IMG/VR virus record: IMGVR_UViG_3300030329_006012
Coordinates: 126,226-190,225 of that record
Strand: one strand, 5' to 3'
Origin: a virus
Length of the DNA stretch: 64,000 nt
The position numbers and the translations under genes are program-made. The notes below the pieces were generated by a model. That model did no database searches, was not told where the DNA came from, and saw only the letters and a program-made list of their open reading frames with translations. Every line of letters starts with the position of its first letter. Position 1 is the stretch's first letter. Of this stretch, positions 1 to 8,484 are shown piece by piece.

Positions 1-207
1 CACCTTTACCCGATTAAAGGCAAACCCTCAGTGGTTATCAGCAACAAGACGGGCATCGTAACTACGCATGCCCAAGGTGCAAAAGTTTATAAAATTCTAC
101 CATTTGGACAATCACAAATGTTTGAATGTCAAGAAAGATACCTGAAAGGCTTCAGGGATCCACAACGCTCCTCACCGGGAGCAAAGGAGGAAGACAATGA
201 ACAGTGA
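1..207 (+). CDS. Hypothetical protein, 5'-truncated
   Basis: Open frame 1 from the window edge (HLYPIKGKPSVV...EEDNEQ) to TGA at 205-207. Confidence 0.6.
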   Translation, partial: HLYPIKGKPSVVISNKTGIVTTHAQGAKVYKILPFGQSQMFECQERYLKGFRDPQRSSPGAKEEDNEQ

Positions 208-322
208 AATGATGAAAGCTCTTAGAGAGTCTGCTATCACTACTTTGGCAAAAGGCGCCGATATCGCTTTTAAGACTGCAGTTGTAGTTTTGACGTTAAA
301 GTTTTTAGGCATTCTTCAATAA
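197..322 (+). CDS. Small hypothetical membrane protein (41 aa)
   Basis: AGGAGG SD upstream; MNSEMMKAL...FLGILQ; hydrophobic C-terminus; below ORF-track cutoff. Confidence 0.6.
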   Translation: MNSEMMKALRESAITTLAKGADIAFKTAVVVLTLKFLGILQ

Positions 323-323
323 G

Positions 324-572
324 ATGAAGACAGTAATTCATGTCAACCAGAATAAGATTCGCCAGAACACTAAGGCTGATCTGTGCGATCTTGTTCCGGT
401 TTTAACAGTAAAAACATATAAATCTAACGAATACGGTTACGAGGCCATAATTAAAGATGATGAGGGCAACCATGTTGCTAAGGTTATTTATTCCCCACAT
501 AAGCCACTCTCTTGTGGCGCACGAGTGTGGATTGAAACAAAAAATGAAGTGGAGGTGATTAAAGATGTCTGA
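324..572 (+). CDS. Phage hypothetical protein
   Basis: Tightly packed ORF; IHVNQ...PVLTVKTYKSN...KPLSCGARVWIET resembles a recurring phage family (recalled). Confidence 0.75.
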   Translation: MKTVIHVNQNKIRQNTKADLCDLVPVLTVKTYKSNEYGYEAIIKDDEGNHVAKVIYSPHKPLSCGARVWIETKNEVEVIKDV

Positions 573-771
573 GGAAAACAAAAAACTCTTTACGATAACA
601 GCGGCTCGAAAATCAGAAGAGGGTGTAGAGCTTGATTTTGATTTGTCAGAGGAGTTTGTAGAGCGTTTCAAGAAAGAACAGAATTTAAAGAAATGGTCCA
701 AGAAGAGGTTTGATGAATGGGTGACTCAAAATATTGATGTCCTCCTTAAGCTCTTAGAAGAGAACAAGTAG
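565..771 (+). CDS. Hypothetical protein
   Basis: GGAGG SD; overlaps upstream gene. Confidence 0.7.
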   Translation: MSEENKKLFTITAARKSEEGVELDFDLSEEFVERFKKEQNLKKWSKKRFDEWVTQNIDVLLKLLEENK

Positions 772-774
772 AAG

Positions 775-1008
775 ATGACAAGACACCGCTTTAAAGTCGG
801 CGATTTGATTCGGATGTGCACCACCACTGAGGAGACGAGTATTCAGCCAGAGGACATTGAGTGGTGCTATGGTATTTATGTCGCCTCCGTCGAAGAGGAG
901 CGTCCCTATGATGGTTTCTGTGGACACACAGAGAGGTACGACAGAATTTTACACAACGGCCGCTTTATGAATTTTGATCACTACTGGCACATAGAAAGGA
1001 TATCCTAA
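775..1008 (+). CDS. Small SH3/KOW-like 'GDLV' protein
   Basis: N-terminal FKVGDLIRM, then GIYV strand pattern. Confidence 0.65.
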   Translation: MTRHRFKVGDLIRMCTTTEETSIQPEDIEWCYGIYVASVEEERPYDGFCGHTERYDRILHNGRFMNFDHYWHIERIS

Positions 1009-1178
1009 TGTCTGACGCCGAACGAAAAGCCTTCGATACCATGATTGGCCACCACATTAAATCTTTTACTCAAGACGACGAGCACAAGCGGGAATTCCAC
1101 CGCGAAATGTACGAAGTAACCAAGCATGTCTTATGGGACTTGCAGGAAGAAAAGAAGACAAATGATAAAAACCCTTGA
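1008..1178 (+). CDS. Hypothetical protein (56 aa)
   Basis: TAATG stop/start coupling; MSDAERKAFD...; not in ORF track. Confidence 0.55.
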   Translation: MSDAERKAFDTMIGHHIKSFTQDDEHKREFHREMYEVTKHVLWDLQEEKKTNDKNP

Positions 1179-1611
1179 ATATGGTGCTTTCACCATCATG
1201 CTTGCTTTCACCAGTGTGCAGGAGAAGATGATTGAGGAGGTGACACCTATCATCGTGGAAGAGTCCCTCGCCAATGGCTTAGAGCCCGAACTCGTCGCTG
1301 CAGTTATTCAGGTGGAGAGCTCATGGTATCCGAAGGCCGAAAGCAAAGCTGGTGCATGCGGCTTGATGCAGGTGATCCCCAAGTGGAATCCTAAGCCAGA
1401 TGGCTCGCTCTACACTTGCGACGAATTAAAAGATCCGGCAACCAATATTAAGGCCGGAACAGCAGCACTGGCTCGGTGGATGCGAAGAGCGTCTGGAGAC
1501 AAATACCTGGCCCTGTGTGCCTATAACGCAGGAAACACCTGCTTCAAGAAGTTGCGAATGAACTACGTCCGACGAGTGATGAATGTATATCACTCAATTG
1601 TGAGAAAATAA
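1162..1611 (+). CDS. Lytic transglycosylase (SLT domain)
   Basis: VIQVESS catalytic Glu, AGACGLMQV, ALCAYNAG motifs; start 1162 chosen over 1126. Confidence 0.9.
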   Translation: MIKTLEYGAFTIMLAFTSVQEKMIEEVTPIIVEESLANGLEPELVAAVIQVESSWYPKAESKAGACGLMQVIPKWNPKPDGSLYTCDELKDPATNIKAGTAALARWMRRASGDKYLALCAYNAGNTCFKKLRMNYVRRVMNVYHSIVRK

Positions 1612-1648
1612 AACTCTATACGATTGTCCATAACTACTTATTATTGTT

Positions 1649-2374
1649 ATGGAAAGTAGGTGGAGAACACTGGTAAAATCTATTAGCTGGAAAGCGTCCG
1701 CGTTTTTCAACCTTACGGCATTGACTTTTTACCAGACAGGATCTATAAAGAAGGCTTTAGGTACTTCGGCTGTTTATCAACTATTTAGTTTTGTATTATA
1801 CAATTTACACGAGAGGGCTTGGACGATGATTTCATGGGGAAAGAAAAAAGGATTATTTATTCAGATGACAGGACTATCAGGGTCTGGAAAATCAACCATT
1901 GCACAAGAGGTAGCTAACATACTGCGTAAGAAAAATTACAATGTTGAAGTGATAGATGGCGATTATTATCGGCAAAACTTGTGCAAAGATCTGGGCTTTT
2001 CTAAGGAAGATAGGAACGAGAATATCCGAAGGCTCGGATTTGTAGGGAATGTCCTTTCGAAGAATGGCGTAATCTGCCTAATGTCGGCCATCAATCCCTA
2101 TGAGGACATCCGCAAGGAGCTCCGCCAAATGGGGGGCAACGTAAAAACTGTTTATGTCAAGGCCCCACTGGATGTTTTAAAGGAAAGAGATCCCAAGGGA
2201 CTCTACCACAAGGCCCTTTTGCCAGATGATCACCCTGAGAAGATCAAAAACTTTACAGGTATTTCAGACCCCTTTGATTCACCGCTCGTTTGTGACTTGA
2301 CTATTGACACAGAACATGATACAATTGAACAGTCGGCAAAGAAATTATATAAGTTTATAATGAAAAACACCTGA
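1649..2374 (+). CDS. cysC: Adenylyl-sulfate (APS) kinase with N-terminal DUF2061-like membrane domain
   Basis: TGLSGSGKST P-loop, DGD..R..L..DLGFS..DR.EN.RR, RDPKGLY, FTGISDPF; N-terminal TLVKSISW...LHERAW hydrophobic segment. Confidence 0.92.
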   Translation: MESRWRTLVKSISWKASAFFNLTALTFYQTGSIKKALGTSAVYQLFSFVLYNLHERAWTMISWGKKKGLFIQMTGLSGSGKSTIAQEVANILRKKNYNVEVIDGDYYRQNLCKDLGFSKEDRNENIRRLGFVGNVLSKNGVICLMSAINPYEDIRKELRQMGGNVKTVYVKAPLDVLKERDPKGLYHKALLPDDHPEKIKNFTGISDPFDSPLVCDLTIDTEHDTIEQSAKKLYKFIMKNT

Positions 2375-2398
2375 TCGCACACCGAGAGAGGAGAAACA

Positions 2399-2494
2399 AT
2401 GAAACATACCGTGCTAGACATTATAGTGTGGACAGTTTCTGCACTGTTCGTGACGGGAATGTTTTTGCTTAGTATATTATCATACGTTGAATAG
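2399..2494 (+). CDS. Micro membrane protein (31 aa)
   Basis: AGGAG SD; MKHTVLDIIVWTVSALFVTGMFLLSILSYVE. Confidence 0.55.
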   Translation: MKHTVLDIIVWTVSALFVTGMFLLSILSYVE

Positions 2495-2591
2495 CTCTTG
2501 ACGCTTGCAAATGGGTGTGTATATTATTGTTATGTCGCCAATTGTGGGGCATATTAACCAAGTCATAACTTGCTTATAAAGGAGAATAAAT

Positions 2592-3020
2592 ATGACTAAT
2601 TCTATGATTAAACGAAACCACTACTTCCCGTCAATTATGGGGCGGAGCGTCCTTGATCAGTTTTTTGATCAGGTATTTGATGACTCTTTGTTCCGGCGCT
2701 CGACTGAGGGTTATCCATTGACTGATATTTACAAAACTGATGAAGGAGATCAGGTGATTGAGATGGCTCTTGCTGGGTTTTCGAAAGAAGATTTAAATAT
2801 CGAAGTCAAAGATAACTCTATAACAATTACGTGCGAGAAAACGACAGAGGGAGAAGTTTCCACGCGAAAGATTGCCAGACGTTCTTTTGCGAAGTCTTTT
2901 GTTGATTACAACAGCGAACTGAACATGAAGAACGCATTGGCGTCTTTTGATAACGGCTTGTTAAAGATCAGCATTCCTCAAGTAGAGGAGGCCAAGCCTA
3001 CTGTTATTGATATTAAGTAG
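2592..3020 (+). CDS. hsp20: Small heat-shock protein (Hsp20/alpha-crystallin)
   Basis: YPLTDI, IEMALAGFSKEDL, IARRSF, ASFDNGLLKISIP; AAGGAG SD. Confidence 0.93.
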   Translation: MTNSMIKRNHYFPSIMGRSVLDQFFDQVFDDSLFRRSTEGYPLTDIYKTDEGDQVIEMALAGFSKEDLNIEVKDNSITITCEKTTEGEVSTRKIARRSFAKSFVDYNSELNMKNALASFDNGLLKISIPQVEEAKPTVIDIK

Positions 3021-3028
3021 GAGAGGCT

Positions 3029-3205
3029 TTGATTGTTTGTATCTGCAACAGATTAAACGATAAAGATATTGAGCGCCTCTGCGACTCTTGCGAAAATAAG
3101 CACGAGTTCGCAGAGTGCGTTAGAGAGAAGATGAGCAAGAGAAGCTGTCTCTCCTGCTATGCAGAGCTTATCCAAAGTTTTGAGAAAAACGCTAATGAAG
3201 AATAA
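3029..3205 (+). CDS. bfd: Bfd-like [2Fe-2S]-binding protein (58 aa)
   Basis: TTG start after AGGAGAGG; MIVCICNRLNDKDI...SCLSC gives CxC...CxxC pattern; not in ORF track. Confidence 0.7.
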   Translation: MIVCICNRLNDKDIERLCDSCENKHEFAECVREKMSKRSCLSCYAELIQSFEKNANEE

Positions 3206-3209
3206 TTAC

Positions 3210-3238
3210 TTTACAGGAAGCCACTTTTGTGGTACAAT
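3210..3238 (+). promoter_or_regulatory. Sigma70-type promoter; probable leaderless transcript
   Basis: TTTACA-17-TACAAT with TG extension; ATG at 3245 falls at the predicted +1. Confidence 0.65.
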
Positions 3239-3244
3239 GACATT

Positions 3245-3481
3245 ATGGAAGAAGATAATAAGATACAGAGCCTCGAAGCAGAGGTTCGGGAATTGAGAGA
3301 ACAGATAGAAGTGCTGAGTGCTAAACTGGCACACAAAAAAGAATTACTGGACGAATGTTACGCCATTATTCACTACAAGGGTGCTTGGCTTAGTCTTTCT
3401 GATGAGAACATCAAGGGGCTCCGCAAACACAGGGAAAGTCAAAAAAAGAAAGTAGAGACAGATTGTCTTTGGGGAGTTTAA
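3245..3481 (+). CDS. Hypothetical coiled-coil protein
   Basis: Heptad pattern LEAEVRELREQIEVL. Confidence 0.65.
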   Translation: MEEDNKIQSLEAEVRELREQIEVLSAKLAHKKELLDECYAIIHYKGAWLSLSDENIKGLRKHRESQKKKVETDCLWGV

Positions 3482-3482
3482 T

Positions 3483-3611
3483 ATGAGTTTTGAATTTTTA
3501 TCAGACTTGATGATTGTAAGTGTAATAAATTTTGTTATAGTTTTTGGGGGAACCATTGGAGTTCTCGTGTTGAGAGACAAGTTCTTTCCACCAAAAGAAG
3601 AGGAAGAGTAA
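3483..3611 (+). CDS. Micro membrane protein (42 aa)
   Basis: GGGAG SD; one hydrophobic helix, acidic tail; fills the gap exactly. Confidence 0.55.
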   Translation: MSFEFLSDLMIVSVINFVIVFGGTIGVLVLRDKFFPPKEEEE

Positions 3612-3612
3612 G

Positions 3613-4125
3613 ATGAATAAGTTACTGGGATTAATGTTTGCAGCACTGTTACTACCCGCCACAGCCGACGCAACAAAGAACTCACTAGGCTTCGCAGCCG
3701 GATCTACATACGGCGTGGGACTATCTTACGCCTTGGATCTCGACAGCGGCCACGGCTTCCAATTAACGGGCCTTCCCTATTGGAGCGAGGACGGAGGATT
3801 GATTGCTGCTGGTGCAAATTATCGATATACCTTTCACCAGAACGGCAGAGTGGGCATTTATGGCAGCTTTGGCATCGCCGGAATGATGTCTAAGGACACC
3901 TACCAGAACTGCGACTGGAATGAGGATACACAAGTTGACAATTGCACCGACGTGGTTGAGGAGAGTTTTAATCTTGCTTCTGGCCCCGGTGTTGGACTTC
4001 AAATGTTCTTTTGGGAGAATATGGTTGTTCGTTTTGAGCTTCCGCTGACCATGCGCTATGGTACGGATGGTTTCGGTATCACCCCCATCCCCAATGTAGC
4101 CCTTATGTATCGTTGGGGTGACTAA
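3613..4125 (+). CDS. Secreted/outer-membrane beta-barrel-like protein
   Basis: Signal peptide MNKLLGLMFAALLLPATADA; alternating beta-strand pattern; aromatic residues near C-terminus. Confidence 0.65.
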   Translation: MNKLLGLMFAALLLPATADATKNSLGFAAGSTYGVGLSYALDLDSGHGFQLTGLPYWSEDGGLIAAGANYRYTFHQNGRVGIYGSFGIAGMMSKDTYQNCDWNEDTQVDNCTDVVEESFNLASGPGVGLQMFFWENMVVRFELPLTMRYGTDGFGITPIPNVALMYRWGD

Positions 4126-4436
4126 TGGCGACCTACAACAAGCTTGTAAGAGATCGTATCCCCGAAATCCTAGAGGCCAAGGGAAAGAAATATACTGTGC
4201 GCCAAATAAAAGAAGGCTTTGAAAAGGGAAGCTACCTCAGAAAGAAGCTCGTCGAGGAGACGGATGAATTTCTCCAGCACCCATGCATCGAGGAGTTGGC
4301 TGATGTGCAAGAGGTTATCTTTGCACTGGCCGAGAACATGGGCTACCAACCAGAGCACCTGGAGGTTTTCCGAAAAGAGAAGGCCGAACAACGTGGTGTG
4401 TTTAACGACAACTGGATTTTAGAGGAGGTGCTTTAA
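4125..4436 (+). CDS. MazG-like / phosphoribosyl-ATP pyrophosphohydrolase family protein
   Basis: YNKLVRDRIPEI, KKLVEETDEF, EELADVQEVI. Confidence 0.85.
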   Translation: MATYNKLVRDRIPEILEAKGKKYTVRQIKEGFEKGSYLRKKLVEETDEFLQHPCIEELADVQEVIFALAENMGYQPEHLEVFRKEKAEQRGVFNDNWILEEVL

Positions 4437-4693
4437 TGAGATGGTTAGTTTTATTTATGCTGGTTGCGTCCTCGTGTGGCTCGCCTCTTTCGGTTGCTGC
4501 AGATGACGACCCTCGCTTCTGCTCCGAGAACTACCCCCACGACCAGTCGCCTGAGCTGTGTGAGTCTAGTTCGTATGGTGACTGCTGTGCTTGGGAAATC
4601 GAAGAAGGTGGCGAAACATGCCGTTATGACTATTGCTCTTTCTACTCTTCCACCCCATGTCAGTGGGAGCTACAGTACACGGAGTGTCACTAA
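4436..4693 (+). CDS. Cys-rich lipoprotein
   Basis: Lipobox-like LVASSC; several further Cys in the mature part. Confidence 0.65.
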   Translation: MRWLVLFMLVASSCGSPLSVAADDDPRFCSENYPHDQSPELCESSSYGDCCAWEIEEGGETCRYDYCSFYSSTPCQWELQYTECH

Positions 4694-5067
4694 TGGCCAC
4701 ACACAAAGAGAGTAAAAGCTTCAGGGCCATCTGCGAAGAGTTTAATTTAAGGTACAAGCTGAACGACGCAGGTGAACCAGTGTCTCCCACTCGCAAGAGG
4801 GTTTCACCTGAAGACCATCTCTACGACCTCCGCGATGGAGCCGTCGGAGTTCACATATCGAGGGAGACAAAGAAGAAATATACTTTCTCAAAAAACAAGC
4901 TTGTGAGAATGGGGTGTAGTGTTATACAAGATGGCGACATGGAGGGGAACTTTTCAGTAAGCAAAGAGTGCCTGCTGGAAGTTGCCAAGGAGCTTTCCTG
5001 CGTAAAGAAAAACAGAACCTTCACAGATGAGGAAAAGCAGGCGATCAGAGAGAGGCTTAAAAAATGA
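4693..5067 (+). CDS. Hypothetical protein
   Basis: TAATG coupling; start MATHKES. Confidence 0.7.
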   Translation: MATHKESKSFRAICEEFNLRYKLNDAGEPVSPTRKRVSPEDHLYDLRDGAVGVHISRETKKKYTFSKNKLVRMGCSVIQDGDMEGNFSVSKECLLEVAKELSCVKKNRTFTDEEKQAIRERLKK

Positions 5068-5270
5068 AAACAAAAAACAGAGATTCTTTTAATGATGACT
5101 TCGCAACCATTGATGGGTTTATGTCTTTCTTCAAGTATAAGACAGTCAGCGAGCTGGCCACAGAGTCGGGATTAAATACCAAGATTGTCTCTAAAGTCAT
5201 CAAGCAGATGTTGAAAAACGGCGATGCCATTAAGCGAGGCCGAGCTTACAAGTACCCCAACGGACGGTAA
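5064..5270 (+). CDS. Small winged-HTH-like protein
   Basis: TVSELATESGLNTKIVSKVIKQMLKNGDAIK. Confidence 0.6.
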   Translation: MKTKNRDSFNDDFATIDGFMSFFKYKTVSELATESGLNTKIVSKVIKQMLKNGDAIKRGRAYKYPNGR

Positions 5271-5271
5271 G

Positions 5272-5481
5272 ATGAGGAAAGTTGCCGCAGGAACAAAAAT
5301 AAAAGCACCTACCGAGCTTGGCATTGATTATGGGATCGTTATCGAACATCAGCCTTCTCCGTACTCTAGGGACGTTTATTTAGTACAGTGGGGAGACAGC
5401 ACTCAAACCCTCTTTGAATTAAGAAAGGAAAACTTAATTTCAGAGGAGCGAAAATGTTCAAACAAGCGAAAAAGAAACTAA
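5272..5481 (+). CDS. Small SH3-like hypothetical protein
   Basis: YGIVIE...YLVQW pattern. Confidence 0.5.
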   Translation: MRKVAAGTKIKAPTELGIDYGIVIEHQPSPYSRDVYLVQWGDSTQTLFELRKENLISEERKCSNKRKRN

Positions 5482-5600
5482 TTAGAGGGGCAATGGATGG
5501 TGTGCTGGTTTTATACCTGCGTAGCCTCCTAACTACCGAGAAGATGGTGCAAGTCCTTAAAAAGAAAGCAGAAAGGTTTTTGCAGGATAAAGGAACTTGA
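5454..5600 (+). CDS. Hypothetical protein (48 aa)
   Basis: GAGGAG SD; not in ORF track. Confidence 0.5.
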   Translation: MFKQAKKKLIRGAMDGVLVLYLRSLLTTEKMVQVLKKKAERFLQDKGT

Positions 5601-5625
5601 CAGGATCTCGCAAAGGTGGTATAAT
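5597..5625 (+). promoter_or_regulatory. Consensus sigma70 promoter
   Basis: TTGACA-17 bp-TATAAT with TG extension, upstream of the MoxR ATPase. Confidence 0.85.
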
Positions 5626-5695
5626 GGGGATACGTTTTGGCATATCAGCCTGTTTTTAAAGGTCTTTTAGAGATCACTTTTACCTTGGAGAACCG

Positions 5696-6781
5696 ATGAC
5701 TATCGATTTTAAGACATTCAACAAAACCGCCCCCCTTATTCTTGATTCTCGCTATCCTGTCCTCCTTCGAGGTCGCCACGGTATTGGAAAATCTCAAGTG
5801 GTTTATCAGGTCGCCAAAAAGATGCGACTCCCTGTCGTAGAGCGCCGAGCCTCGCAAATGACCGAGGGAGATCTCTTGGGTATCCCCTCTCCAGATGGCA
5901 TAAGCATTAATGGAGAACAGGCGTCTAAGTTCCGCCCTTTTGACTGGCTAGTGCAAGCATGTACGGAGCCAGTCATTTTGTTTTTTGATGAGATTGATCG
6001 TGCAACGATTGAGGTTCGTCAAGGCATTTTTGAACTTACTGATTCTCGTAAACTGGCCGGCTGGCACCTTCACGATGATACTGTGATTTGCGCCGCGATT
6101 AATGGTGGCGAGCATGGCTCCCAATATCAGGTAGGGGAGATGGATCCAGCCGAACTAGATCGTTGGGCTACTTTTGATGTTGAGCCAACGGTGGAGGATT
6201 GGTTGAGTTGGGCCAAGGGCACTGTAAATGAAATTATCTGGGACTTTATTAATCAGAACCGAAAGCACCTAGAGCATCTTGATGATTTTGAGCCCAACAA
6301 GGTGTATCCTTCGCGTAGATCGTGGGATCGCCTTAATCAAACACTGGCTCTTGCCGATGCCTACTCTAACCCTAGATCTCCCGTGGTCTTTAATTTAGCC
6401 TCTGTGTTTGTTGGCTTTGAAGCTGCAATCGCCTTGACGGACTTTATCAAAAACTACCAAAAAATTGTTACAGTCAAAGATATTCTCAAGGATGGCAAGA
6501 TTGAACTTACTGAGGGCTTTGGGATTAACCAGCACTCCGCACTGGTAGAGAAAATGGAAGCAGAAGGGTCGTTCAATTCACTCCTAAAGAAAAAGGAGTT
6601 AAAAAATCTTGCGGCCTACTTTAAGACCCTTCCGTCAGAGGTGGCTATGAAGCTGTGGTATTCTCTCACCAGTTCCGGTGGTGATATTCAAAACACGATC
6701 AATCTACACCCTCTCATAAAGGAAGACTTGGTTGCAATGCTCACCAGCGCAGAAGATGATTCTGCAGAACAAGATTCATAG
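5696..6781 (+). CDS. MoxR-like AAA+ ATPase
   Basis: Walker A GRHGIGKS, Walker B FFDEIDR, MDPAELDRW, PSRRSW. Confidence 0.9.
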   Translation: MTIDFKTFNKTAPLILDSRYPVLLRGRHGIGKSQVVYQVAKKMRLPVVERRASQMTEGDLLGIPSPDGISINGEQASKFRPFDWLVQACTEPVILFFDEIDRATIEVRQGIFELTDSRKLAGWHLHDDTVICAAINGGEHGSQYQVGEMDPAELDRWATFDVEPTVEDWLSWAKGTVNEIIWDFINQNRKHLEHLDDFEPNKVYPSRRSWDRLNQTLALADAYSNPRSPVVFNLASVFVGFEAAIALTDFIKNYQKIVTVKDILKDGKIELTEGFGINQHSALVEKMEAEGSFNSLLKKKELKNLAAYFKTLPSEVAMKLWYSLTSSGGDIQNTINLHPLIKEDLVAMLTSAEDDSAEQDS

Positions 6782-6793
6782 AAAGGCTTTTCA

Positions 6794-8002
6794 GTGATAA
6801 AAGATAAGTTTGATCTCAATAAGCACACCGCTCGCCTTCTTATGGATGAGCCATTCTTCGCAGCCCTCAGCCGCCGCATCGACAAACGCGAAACTCACGC
6901 TCTGCCAACTGCTGGTATGAGGTTGGATGAAGATGGGTTTTTTACCCTTCTTTATAATCCTGATTATTTCAGAGGTCTCACTGATGAGGAGATGTCAGAC
7001 GTTCTTAAGCACGAATTTTATCACGTTATCTTTGAGCATGTAACTGGTCGTCTTCCTGGAGATGGCAAGACGGTAACTAAGCTGTGGAATTTTGCCACAG
7101 ACTTAGCCATTAACAGTCATTTGCGCCACCTACCCGAAGGGGCTCTCGTGCCATCGGAGGGTGAGTTTGAGGAGATGCCACGTGGCTTGTCTGCAGAGCA
7201 GTATCATGAGCTCTTAAAAAAGCGGCAACAACAAGAAGAGAGTAAAGGATCGGCAGGAGAAGAGTCCTCCCCATCCAAGCCTAGCTTGTCGGATATTGAT
7301 GACTTCGATGACCATACTGGCTGGGGAGAAGATCAGGCCAACGCCGGAGACCACCAGAAGGCACAGGAGAGGTTGAAGCAGATGATGAAGGACGCAGCTA
7401 AAGAGGCCAGCTCTAGTGGCGGCTGGGGGTCTGTTCCACAGTCTATACAAAGGGATATTCTGCAGCGCATAGATGGCTCACTGGACTGGAAAAAGGTTTT
7501 GAGATTTTTCATTAAGACCTCCCAAAAGGCCGATAAGTCGTCCACGGTGAAAAGGATTAACAAGCGTTACCCCTATCTTCATCCTGGCCGCAAAACCAAC
7601 CGTCAAGCTCGCGTGGCAGTGAGCATTGATCAGAGCGGCAGCGTGGATGATGCCATGTTGTCTGCCTTCTTCGGGGAATTAAATAAACTTGGAGAACTGG
7701 CGACCTTTACGGTTGTGCCATTCGATACAGCTGTAAGCGAAGAGGGAGTATTTGTATGGCGCAAGGGCGACAAACTAAAGGCCAAGAGGGTCTTGAGTGG
7801 TGGCACTTGCTTTGACGCCCCAACTTGCTGGGTAAACGAGAGGGAGTTTGACGGTCACATTATCCTCACGGATCTGTGCGCTCCAAAGCCTCGACCAAGC
7901 AGATGTCAGCGCATGTGGCTTACAACTCCTTACAACGCGAAGAACCCGTACTTTGAGACAAAAGAGAGAGTGGTGGCAATTAATTATGATTCAGAATATT
8001 AA
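6794..8002 (+). CDS. DUF2201-type metallopeptidase-like + VWA protein
   Basis: HEFYH zincin motif, WNFATDLAIN, MIDAS DQSGS, GGTCFD; adjacent to MoxR. Confidence 0.88.
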   Translation: MIKDKFDLNKHTARLLMDEPFFAALSRRIDKRETHALPTAGMRLDEDGFFTLLYNPDYFRGLTDEEMSDVLKHEFYHVIFEHVTGRLPGDGKTVTKLWNFATDLAINSHLRHLPEGALVPSEGEFEEMPRGLSAEQYHELLKKRQQQEESKGSAGEESSPSKPSLSDIDDFDDHTGWGEDQANAGDHQKAQERLKQMMKDAAKEASSSGGWGSVPQSIQRDILQRIDGSLDWKKVLRFFIKTSQKADKSSTVKRINKRYPYLHPGRKTNRQARVAVSIDQSGSVDDAMLSAFFGELNKLGELATFTVVPFDTAVSEEGVFVWRKGDKLKAKRVLSGGTCFDAPTCWVNEREFDGHIILTDLCAPKPRPSRCQRMWLTTPYNAKNPYFETKERVVAINYDSEY

Positions 8003-8285
8003 GAGTTTTATATTGGGATTTCTGGTTGCAGGAGTCCTTTTTTGTTTTCTTCCAGCGGTTGCCTCTGTTGCAGAGGTGGAGAAGCAGATCAGCAAATTTG
8101 TTGGCTCCTTCAAATGCCGACTGGTGGAAGTGCAGGATATCGATTTGTGGGGTGGCAGAGTGCTGGTCAAGTCTAACGACATGGGCCTTAGTTTTGTGAT
8201 GATTGCCAAGGATAGCGCCACCTACGACATCTGCCCTGTGGGTGTGGGTGTCACTAGCCTTAAAGCGATCCCTCCCAAAAAGTGA
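7986..8285 (+). CDS. Secreted/membrane hypothetical protein
   Basis: Start MIQNIKSFILGFLVAGVLFCFLPAVA (signal-like). Confidence 0.6.
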   Translation: MIQNIKSFILGFLVAGVLFCFLPAVASVAEVEKQISKFVGSFKCRLVEVQDIDLWGGRVLVKSNDMGLSFVMIAKDSATYDICPVGVGVTSLKAIPPKK

Positions 8286-8295
8286 TCTCCAATTC

Positions 8296-8339
8296 CCCTT
8301 TAAAAACAGCTACTTACCTAAGTACTTGATTTTAAAGGG
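8296..8339. repeat. 44-bp imperfect palindrome containing an IHF-consensus site
   Basis: 21-bp arms with 18/21 identity around CC; reverse strand 8319-8331 reads AATCAAGTACTTA (WATCAANNNNTTR). Confidence 0.75.
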
Positions 8340-8484
8340 TTTTTATTTAGAGGTGCGTGATGCCGATGGATCTACTAGATCCCCGTAAGTGCCAGCAATT
8401 GGCCCCAACTCCAGCAAAGGAGCCTAACTCCAGCAATGTCGTTTTACCCCTAAGTGGCGGGAAACAAAGGGAAAAAACAGTGAA

